Shown one piece after another: positions 1 through 7,582 of a stretch of 9,918 nucleotides of DNA. Under the pieces are notes generated by a model that saw only the letters and a list, made by a program, of their open reading frames with translations, did no database searches and was not told the DNA's origin. The position numbers and the translations under genes are program-made. The DNA comes from Ascoidea asiatica JCM 7603 (taxonomy: Eukaryota > Fungi > Ascomycota). The stretch spans positions 1,049,659 to 1,059,576 of the forward strand of contig BCKQ01000004.1 of the NCBI GenBank assembly GCA_001600695.1. The letters run 5' to 3'. How positions within the stretch are numbered: position 1 is the stretch's first letter; each line of letters opens with the position of its first letter.

Positions 1-598
1 GGAAATCCTTCATTTCCTTATCTACTTTTAGTTTACTTTAGTTTGGATTAGTCTAGCTTGGTATAGCTTATACCTTTAAGACTAGTATCTTTCCTATTTA
101 GTTTAGTATTTTTCTTCAATTTTTAGTATATTTCTTAGTATCTTATATCTTCTTTTTCTTTTCTCTTTTTTATCTTCTTATTACTTATTTCAACCTTCTA
201 CCTTTGCCTTTCTTCCTTCTTCTTTCTTTATACTTCCTTGTTATATCTTTATCATTAAGATATTCCTAGTTAGTTCCTTTTCAATATATTTCTTTTTTTT
301 TCACAAAAATATTTTCTTTTGTAGGATTTCTAAATGGATTGAAATCTAACTAGACCTTCATTAGTCATTAAAGTATTACCAATTTAAAACCACCATTTAT
401 CCCGAAGCATTAACCAAATATTTCAACCCATCAGAAGATCGAAGTTGATTATTAATTTATCCACAATGATCATTTTGTTTGAATATTTAAAATTATTTGG
501 GAATAATAAACCAATTATGTGTGTTGTTTTGGGTGTCATTTCAGATCAGAAATCGGAAAACAAAACAACAAAAAGATAAGCTAACCATAAACGGTAAT
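1..598 (+). repeat. Left arm of a large inverted repeat (partner at ~7583..8125); truncated by the window start
   Basis: Direct alignment to the reverse complement of 7583..8125. For example, 261..320 is identical to rc(7861..7920) and 507..561 is identical to rc(7621..7675). Over 201..593 I count about 11 substitutions and two 1-bp indels. Left 36..100 is absent from the right arm. Homology is still present at base 1. Confidence 0.97.
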
Positions 599-700
599 TT
601 GAACGCCAAAGCAAATTCGGTTAATTTCTTATTTTCCGAGGTATTTAGTCCCATGCTTGCCGTATTGGGCAACTTCCTCGTCCGGCGCCTGATCAGAATC

Positions 701-731
701 TTTTTGGGCTTTTTGGCTTTTTGGCTTTTTG
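701..731 (+). repeat. Short tandem repeat (TTTTTGGC)~3 in the MPS3 upstream region
   Basis: tttttgggc tttttggc tttttggc tttttg read directly. Confidence 0.8.
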
Positions 732-733
732 TT

Positions 734-742
734 TTTGTTTAC
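734..742 (-). promoter_or_regulatory. Candidate forkhead (Fkh1/Fkh2/Hcm1-type) site GTAAACAAA about 225 bp upstream of MPS3
   Basis: tttgtttac is the reverse complement of GTAAACAAA, matching the RTAAAYAA forkhead consensus. Plausible for a spindle-pole gene, but it is a short motif in AT-rich DNA. Confidence 0.3.
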
Positions 743-794
743 TTTTGCTTTTGGCGTGTTTCTTCGATGGGTTTTTAAGCGCTGACAACAGAAA

Positions 795-823
795 CACCAA
801 AAGCACCAAAAGCACCAAAAGCA
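795..823 (+). repeat. Tandem repeat (CACCAAAAG)3
   Basis: Three perfect 9-bp units at 795, 804 and 813, followed by degenerate cagcagaac. Confidence 0.9.
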
Positions 824-964
824 GCAGAACCCCCAACCCCAGCGCCAGAACCACCTTCTTTTTGTTCTCTTCTCCAGTCTTTTCTGTTATTTCTGCTATT
901 TCTGCTTTAATTCTCTTACTGCAAGCTTTTCAATGCTCCAATTATCAACTTCAAGGCCCTTGAA

Positions 965-3802
965 ATGTCATATAATAATTACTCGTTTAATAAATCTGTT
1001 CGAGATTCAATACATGATGAATTGATAAAAGATTATAATAATAACCAAAATAATAACCATAATGATAATCATGATTCCAATAATAATTCCAGTGATGAGT
1101 TCTCTGATGATCTCGATAATCACGATAATCAAGATAATCAAGATAATCAAGATAATCAAAGATATTTCAATGGTAACAACAAAGATGAAAATTTCATAAA
1201 TTATAATTATAACCCATATTCTGATGAAGAAGAGTTTATCATCGATAATATTATTCAAAATAATAGTAACAAAATCAATAAAATAAAACACAATAATCAG
1301 AATAATAACGATTCTGTCAATTCCACTTTAATTAATAACTTATACAAGCCTTCAAGAGATTATTCATTAAAATATTATACTGATAATAATGTAAATAATA
1401 ATAATAATGTTAATGGTATAACTAATAATCATAATAATAATCATAATCAAAGTAATAATGACATGCATATAAGTATAATTTCAAGTGATGAAGATGAAGA
1501 TGAAGATGAAGATGAAAATGAAGATGAAAATGAAGATGAAGTAAAAGAAGAAGAAGGTGATGAATATGATGATAACTCTAATCACACTGAACTCAATGAA
1601 GAAAATGATAATAGTGAAGATGATGAAGAAAGTGAAGAAGAAAGTGAAGATGAATACAATTCTGATGTTTCAAATCATAAAAATTATAGCTCTATACAAA
1701 AAATTCAAAATAAAAATCATAAATCTGATCATGTTACTAATAATAATTATAATAATTATAATAATTATACTGATTATACTGATTATGATAGTGATAATAC
1801 TATAGTTAATGATGATATTAATTACATTAAAAATAAATCAACTAAAAGTTTTAAAACAAAAAAAAATCAAAATAATCAAAATAAATTTAATTTAAATAAT
1901 AGATCAAGTTCAAGAGAAAAAAATCCATATAATAGAAAAAAAATTTTTACTAAAATTTATTATCCTATAAAAAAAAATCTGTTTATGTTATTAAAATATA
2001 GATTAAATTTAAATAAAAAAAATTTTTTATTATTTTTTTTTTTAATTTCAATTCTTTTCTTTATATTATTAATAACATCATTAATTTTACCAAATTTTTT
2101 CAATAAAAATTGGAATTTATATAATAATTTATTAAAGCAAATAAATTTAATTAAAAATTCAATTATTATTAAACCATTACCAATTTCAATTTCTCAAGAA
2201 AACATAATTATAAATAAATTTCAAAATGATTTAATTAATTTAAATAATAAATTTAATAGTTTAAATCATATTTTAAATAATAAATTACTAAATAATGAAT
2301 TAAATTTTAATAAAAATTTAAAAGATTTAAATTTAAAAAATAATAATTTTGATGAAAATTTTAAAAAAATAAATAAAAAATTAAATGATTTAAATGAAAA
2401 TTTAAAAATTTTAAATAATTTTAAATTGAATACTGAATCTTTATTAAATAACTTAATTACGAATCAAAATAATAATAAAAATATAAATAATGATTTAGTT
2501 TTTAAAGAATTATTAGAAATTAATTTACCTAATTATATTCCTATAATTAAAGATTCTAATGGTGATTTAAAAATAATACCAGAATTTGAAAATTATTTAA
2601 AAATTATTATTTCAAATTATATTTCAAATGAATTAAATCTTAACAACAATAATAATAATGAAATTAATAATACTGACTACAAATTATTAAAACCAATATC
2701 CTGGAATGAATTTTTGATTGAAAATAATTTGAATATAAATAAATATTTTAATAAAATTATTGACAGTAAATTTGAATTAATAAATCATAAAAATGAAGTA
2801 TTAATTAATAATTTTGATGAATTTAAAAAATTTATTTCTTTAAAAATTCAAAATAATTACAATAATTTACAAAATGAAATAATAAATAAATTAGATAATA
2901 CATCAATTAATAAATCAAGATTTAATTTAATTAATGATAATAATGAAATTATAATTAATTCAACATCAAATTTTCTAATTGAGAATTTAGTTTTAGAAAT
3001 GATTGAAAAACAGAAAAAATTGATTAAATTAAACAGTGATCCATTTTATAAATATAATTATGCATCTTTAAATAATGGATGTAGTATAATCAATTATTTA
3101 GTTTCAAGTTTTAATTCATTTAATATTACAGATTTAAATATTAAAGAAGATAAACATAAATTTAAAAATAAATTAAGTAAGATTTTGAATTTAAATTCAA
3201 AAAGACAAAAAACTTTAATTCAAACTTCATATAAAGTAATTTCAAATAATATAAATAAATTTCCAATAGATTTAATTAAAGAAAGTAGTGGTATTAAAAC
3301 ATTTGGTATAAAATTTGAAAATCCAATTTTTTTACAAGATATTTTAGTAAGTTATCCTAGATTTAAATCAAAAATAAAATTTTTAAAATCTTCACCAAAA
3401 AAAATTTCAATTTGGGTACAATTAACTAAACCAAAAAAAGATTATAAAATGTTGAAAAGCTTTTTGAAAAATTATCAAAAAAAAATATTTAATACAACTG
3501 AAAAAAAGAATTATGATATTGATTTGAATCTAAGTTTGAATGATAAAATTAATTATGAATTATTTTATGAAAAAAGATTTAGTTTAAAGGAATTAAACTT
3601 CATTAAATTAGGTACAATGATATATGATATAAATTCATTAGAAACAGAACAAAGTTTTGAAATATTAAAAGATGAAGAATTTTCCAAAATTAAATTTTTA
3701 GTGAGCTCTCTTTTCTTCTCGGTGGAATCAAATAATGGAAGTGAATCTCAAACAAATTTATTCAAATTGAAAGTATTTGGAGATGAATTGAAAAAAGCAT
3801 AA
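965..3802 (+). CDS. MPS3: SUN-domain inner nuclear membrane / spindle pole body protein (Mps3/Sad1 family), 945 aa
   Basis: Type II architecture: Asn/Asp/Glu-rich nucleoplasmic N-terminus with an acidic block (DEDEDEDEDENEDENEDEV...), a basic patch, one TM helix (aa ~354-375, FLLFFFLISILFFILLITSLIL), coiled coils, then a C-terminal SUN domain. SUN motifs recognised: YNYASLNNGCSII (cf. NYAL..GA.I), FGIKFENPIFLQDILVSYP, SSPKKISIWV (cf. SAPK.FEVW), LGTMIYDINSLETEQSFEI (cf. LG.F.YD....Q.F), SVESNNG...TNLFKLKVFG (cf. SNWG...TC.YR.RVHG). Confidence 0.88.
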   Translation: MSYNNYSFNKSVRDSIHDELIKDYNNNQNNNHNDNHDSNNNSSDEFSDDLDNHDNQDNQDNQDNQRYFNGNNKDENFINYNYNPYSDEEEFIIDNIIQNNSNKINKIKHNNQNNNDSVNSTLINNLYKPSRDYSLKYYTDNNVNNNNNVNGITNNHNNNHNQSNNDMHISIISSDEDEDEDEDENEDENEDEVKEEEGDEYDDNSNHTELNEENDNSEDDEESEEESEDEYNSDVSNHKNYSSIQKIQNKNHKSDHVTNNNYNNYNNYTDYTDYDSDNTIVNDDINYIKNKSTKSFKTKKNQNNQNKFNLNNRSSSREKNPYNRKKIFTKIYYPIKKNLFMLLKYRLNLNKKNFLLFFFLISILFFILLITSLILPNFFNKNWNLYNNLLKQINLIKNSIIIKPLPISISQENIIINKFQNDLINLNNKFNSLNHILNNKLLNNELNFNKNLKDLNLKNNNFDENFKKINKKLNDLNENLKILNNFKLNTESLLNNLITNQNNNKNINNDLVFKELLEINLPNYIPIIKDSNGDLKIIPEFENYLKIIISNYISNELNLNNNNNNEINNTDYKLLKPISWNEFLIENNLNINKYFNKIIDSKFELINHKNEVLINNFDEFKKFISLKIQNNYNNLQNEIINKLDNTSINKSRFNLINDNNEIIINSTSNFLIENLVLEMIEKQKKLIKLNSDPFYKYNYASLNNGCSIINYLVSSFNSFNITDLNIKEDKHKFKNKLSKILNLNSKRQKTLIQTSYKVISNNINKFPIDLIKESSGIKTFGIKFENPIFLQDILVSYPRFKSKIKFLKSSPKKISIWVQLTKPKKDYKMLKSFLKNYQKKIFNTTEKKNYDIDLNLSLNDKINYELFYEKRFSLKELNFIKLGTMIYDINSLETEQSFEILKDEEFSKIKFLVSSLFFSVESNNGSESQTNLFKLKVFGDELKKA

Positions 3803-3888
3803 AAGGAGAATTAAATGAATTTAAAACAATCAATAATCCATAAACTCTTCATTCAAAAAGTTATTATTTTATTTATTCACAGGGCAAG

Positions 3889-3924
3889 ATTAAAATTAAA
3901 ATTAAAATCAAAATCAAAATCAAA
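3889..3924 (+). repeat. Hexamer microsatellite (ATTAAA)3(ATCAAA)3 in the MPS3 3' region
   Basis: Read directly. Confidence 0.85.
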
Positions 3925-3962
3925 ATGAGACCAAATTTGTGGTTGTTCTTTTTTAATATCAG

Positions 3963-3981
3963 GTGACTATATCATGTGACC
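3963..3981 (-). promoter_or_regulatory. Two R-box (GTCAC) motifs, one within the E-box GGTCACATGA, about 500 bp upstream of RTG1
   Basis: GTGAC at 3963..3967 and 3976..3980; rc(3972..3981) = GGTCACATGA. GTCAC is the established Rtg1/Rtg3 R box, and GTCACATG also fits the Cbf1 consensus RTCACRTG. Confidence 0.5.
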
Positions 3982-4470
3982 GACTTTTCTTATTTAGGCT
4001 TGTTTTTGGTGCTGGCTGTTTTTGCTTTGCTTTGTTTTGATGATAGCCGGCAACAGAGCTTTATTTGGTTGAATGTGGAAGTTTGACAATCCACCACTTT
4101 AATTCTTTATCTTTTGAACTGGTCTGGTCTTTTACACACTCTTACTCTTGAATATAATAATCAATTATCGATTATTATTAATAAAATTAGGCTGATTAAT
4201 TGTATAAAGGAATTAATTATAAAGTGTAAGCAAAGGGTAATAATATAAACAAATATACTCAGAAAATAGACAGTAGCTACTTGTCCAATAACTTCTCTTA
4301 TCTGATGGTAAATAATTTGGTATTTTAATAAATAATTTTGTACAACAATATCCAATAATAATCTACAAATTACATCATAACTATTCAATACTAAATACTG
4401 GATATTCAAAAACATAAACAAATTAAACATAAATATATATATATATATTATTAATAAGCTTTCTTAAAAC

Positions 4471-6078
4471 ATGGATGCTTTTTTAAATTGGCCCGAGAGT
4501 AATAAGCAAAGCTCATATCATAGTCCAAATTTATCTCAGTTAGATGATTTATCAAATAACAATAATATCATCAATAATAATTTAAAAAATAATATTAAAG
4601 GTAATATTAAAAATAATAGTTCAAGTCCTGAAAATAATAATCAATCGATTATGAATTCAAGTGATTATTATAATGATTTCCCAAGTTTAGATAAAATTAT
4701 ATCTAATACTCAAATTAATAGCAACGATATTAATGATAATAACGAAAATCAAGTTACTTATTCTAATTCCAATTCTAATAGCAATAATAATGATTCAAAT
4801 AATCTAAATTTATCATATAATTTCACTTTAAATGATCAAAATTTATCTGGAAATAATGATATTATTACTAATAATATAAGAAAAATAAGTAGTAATAGTA
4901 ATAGTAAAAGTAATAGTATTAATACTTCCTTTAATAGTAGTACCCCTTCCCCATTACCCAATAAAAAAGACATTAAAGAAAATAAAGATAGAAAAAATAA
5001 TAGAGACATCGGAGATTCTAGTGATAATCAAAATATAAATAATAATGATAATAAAGATAGTAATGAAAATAAAGAAAAACAATTTGTTAAACAAGAATAT
5101 AATTCATTACCAACTACTCCAAATTATAATTTAAAATCAAATAAAGATTCTCCAATTAATCCTAATTCATTTAATTCAAATGGTGTAACTATTGAAAGAA
5201 AAAGAAGAGATAATATTAATGAAAAAATTCAAGAATTAGGTCAAATTATCCCTTTAACTTTTTTCACAGATTCAAAAGATAAATCATCTGGAACAAAAGA
5301 TGGTAAACCAAATAAAGGACAAATTTTATCAAAATCTGTTGAGTATATATATTTTTTACAAAATAAAATTGACGAAAAAAATTCAAAAGAGAAAAAACTT
5401 TTATTTAATTTAAAAAATTTAGAAATTAAAAAAAATTTAAATTATTTACCTAAAAATTATAATCTTAAAAAACCAAGTGATTTATTTTTTAAAAATACTT
5501 CTGCAGAAATTGGTTTAGGTAAAATTGGTGTTGGTCCTTTAGGTAATAATAATATCATTCAATTAAAATCAACAACTGCAAAAGCTTCTAAATCTAATAC
5601 AAATTCTTTAAAAAAATTAAATAATTCAATTAAAACAAATGATGATAAATCACAATCTAAAACACCAATATTACCTTCTCAATCAATTGTTAAAAATTCT
5701 GGTAAATCAGTTAATAGTAATAATAATAGTATAAATTCCTCCAGAGTTGCAACACCATCTTTTATAAATAATAATAATAATATTAATTTAAATGGTAATC
5801 CTAATAGCAATGCTAATAGTATCAATTCAAGTGCTAATGTTAAATTAGAAGATTATGATTCTAATTATAATTTTAATAATGAATTTAATATAAAATCTCC
5901 ATTAAGTGTAATTTCTCCACCACCAAGTTCATTTCCAATGAGTCAAGCAAATTCTTTTCAATCTAATAATAATCCAACTACCACCACTACTGGTACCAAT
6001 ACGATTAATAATAATAATAGTCAACAAAAGATTATTTTACCTAAAGATGAATTTACAAATTTTGATTTTAATTTATAA
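4471..6078 (+). CDS. RTG1: Retrograde regulation bHLH-Zip transcription factor Rtg1, 535 aa, with long Asn/Ser-rich extensions
   Basis: bHLH ERKRRDNINEKIQELGQIIP..FF...GTKDGKPNKGQILSKSVEYIYFLQNKID plus the Rtg1-diagnostic C-terminal motif NTSAEIGLGKIGVGPL (conserved core aa ~241-357). Confidence 0.95.
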   Translation: MDAFLNWPESNKQSSYHSPNLSQLDDLSNNNNIINNNLKNNIKGNIKNNSSSPENNNQSIMNSSDYYNDFPSLDKIISNTQINSNDINDNNENQVTYSNSNSNSNNNDSNNLNLSYNFTLNDQNLSGNNDIITNNIRKISSNSNSKSNSINTSFNSSTPSPLPNKKDIKENKDRKNNRDIGDSSDNQNINNNDNKDSNENKEKQFVKQEYNSLPTTPNYNLKSNKDSPINPNSFNSNGVTIERKRRDNINEKIQELGQIIPLTFFTDSKDKSSGTKDGKPNKGQILSKSVEYIYFLQNKIDEKNSKEKKLLFNLKNLEIKKNLNYLPKNYNLKKPSDLFFKNTSAEIGLGKIGVGPLGNNNIIQLKSTTAKASKSNTNSLKKLNNSIKTNDDKSQSKTPILPSQSIVKNSGKSVNSNNNSINSSRVATPSFINNNNNINLNGNPNSNANSINSSANVKLEDYDSNYNFNNEFNIKSPLSVISPPPSSFPMSQANSFQSNNNPTTTTTGTNTINNNNSQQKIILPKDEFTNFDFNL

Positions 6079-6352
6079 GACATAATTTATGAATCTAATT
6101 AATAATGAAATGATAATGATGATGATGATTTTATATTCTTGAATCTTAATGATTTTATTTTTGCTTTATTTTGCTTTAATTTTTAATTTTTAATTTTTAT
6201 TATATTTTTTATTTTTTTATTTTTTATTTAATTTTACCTTTTTTTTTGATGATCTTCATATATAATAGTAGTATAATATGTAATAATTATATAATATATT
6301 GTATACAGTATATAATATATATTATATGTAAAAATATTATTGAATAAAAATT
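6079..6352. terminator. Shared convergent 3'-end/termination region of RTG1 and SFT2
   Basis: Short spacer between converging stop codons, with T-rich tracts (6170..6250) and TA-rich TATATA/TATGTA-like efficiency elements (6260..6330). Confidence 0.55.
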
Positions 6353-7105
6353 TTAAGAGGAAATCCAATTTTCAGCTTGATTATAGGCAACATTTGATAC
6401 AAGTCTTAAAGTTTGTTTACCCATAGGAAAATAACTAACTATATACCAAATAATTGAAATTAATTGAATAATTGCAAAAATTATTGATAAAATTAAATTT
6501 TTTAAGACTAAAGAAGAAATTAAAGTTAAAATTATAGAAGTTAAAAAAGAAAAAGTGAATAAATATCTTTCTTTTGAAAATAAATGCAATACATAATTTT
6601 TAAAACCTTGTAAAAATGAAAAACTTATAATAAAAAAAATAGAACCTAAAGACCATAAAACTGCAAATTTTCTTGGTTTTAAAGTTAGTATTGGAAACAT
6701 AAATATTGAAATTAAGAAACAAGAAATTGAAGCAGCAAAAAAAATTGCAAATATTAACATTCTTTCAAATTTTGTTAAATTTAATAAACCTGGATCATCA
6801 GAAATTGAATTATTAATTTCTCTTTCTTCTCTTCTTAATCTTTGATTATCAGTTACTGTTGGAAGTAAAATTCTACCATGATCATTTCTTGAAGAAAATG
6901 GATTATATTTTTGTAATTTATCTTTTAAATTTTTTCTTGTTTCTCCAGTACTTGAAGAACTATTAGGTATTGGTAGTGGTAATTGTGAAGATGATGGTGA
7001 TGAAGATAATAATGGATTATTACTCTCTTCTTGACTTAAAGAAGAATATGAAGGATCATTGTTTTTACCAGGAGTAACTTTTTTAAAAAAATCTTTTATA
7101 GGCAT
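6353..7105 (-). CDS. SFT2: Got1/Sft2-family late-Golgi tetraspan vesicle transport protein, 250 aa
   Basis: Family motifs LTKFERMLIF..F...CF, FPILTLKPRKFAVLWSLGS, YVLHLFSKER, TL..SL..KN.ILS, IQ....WY.VSYFPMG; four hydrophobic segments. Confidence 0.95.
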   Translation of the reverse strand: MPIKDFFKKVTPGKNNDPSYSSLSQEESNNPLLSSSPSSSQLPLPIPNSSSSTGETRKNLKDKLQKYNPFSSRNDHGRILLPTVTDNQRLRREEREINNSISDDPGLLNLTKFERMLIFAIFFAASISCFLISIFMFPILTLKPRKFAVLWSLGSIFFIISFSFLQGFKNYVLHLFSKERYLFTFSFLTSIILTLISSLVLKNLILSIIFAIIQLISIIWYIVSYFPMGKQTLRLVSNVAYNQAENWISS

Positions 7106-7334
7106 CTTAATTAATTAGAATTTATAACGGAAATAAAATCAATAGATTCATTGTCTTCCAAACCAAAGTATGAGTATGAAATACTTTAACATCAAATCTT
7201 TCTTGATTCAACAACTGGTCAATAATTAAAGCTTTCAAGTAAAACAAATTCTAAATTTATTCTCATTCATCTAAAATGATTGATAATTATCACAATATAA
7301 CAAAATTACCAAATAGTTAACAAAATACTTATCT

Positions 7335-7580
7335 AACCACGGGCTTGGGTCTGGGCTTAACTCCTCCAGATTTCCCGATATCAACAAAAACAAAACCCGC
7401 AAATATTTACATATAAGCAAATGCTCACATAATTATTTTAGTACGGAGATATCCGCAAAACTACTACCGCCCCAAATTCAAGTAAATTATCGGGTACGCA
7501 ATAACAGAATTTAGGAATCCGGATTTGTGCAGCACGATGGGTAAGCTGTGGCGCATTACCGTAAACATAAACCGGAAGAG
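7335..7580. promoter_or_regulatory. Relatively GC-rich SFT2 upstream region with several CGG/CCG triplets (candidate Zn2Cys6 factor sites)
   Basis: CGG-N6-CCG (CGGAGATATCCG) at 7444..7455, palindrome AATCCGGATT at 7516..7525, and further CCG/CGG triplets near 7375, 7397, 7467, 7491, 7559 and 7572. Confidence 0.35.
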
Positions 7581-7582
7581 AA

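Noticed and set aside
497-963. ORF-track entries 497..778 and 721..963
   Set aside because: Both start at TTG codons and span the repeat boundary or promoter minisatellites; their STKSTK and LAFW patterns are translations of the DNA repeats. The first is not continued in the right arm.
1007-1805. ORFs 1007..1291 (-) and 1557..1805 (+)
   Set aside because: Ile/Met-rich shadow frames of the AAT/GAT codon runs inside MPS3
1979-1981. Single in-frame CTG codon in MPS3 (none noticed in RTG1 or SFT2) as evidence of CUG reassignment
   Set aside because: CTG scarcity is expected from AT-biased, TTA-dominated codon usage, and the site is not alignable by eye. The residue could be Ser or Ala in a reassigned clade, but this cannot be decided here.
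3860-3980. Point centromere (GTCACATG matches CDEI on the minus strand)
   Set aside because: No CDEIII CCG core at the expected distance, and the following DNA is not a >90% AT CDEII
4161-4430. 89-aa minus-strand ORF
   Set aside because: AT-rich chance ORF in the RTG1 promoter/5' region with no recognisable motif
7335-7580. tRNA or other structured RNA gene in the GC-rich patch
   Set aside because: No B-box (GTTCRANYC) or cloverleaf could be identified
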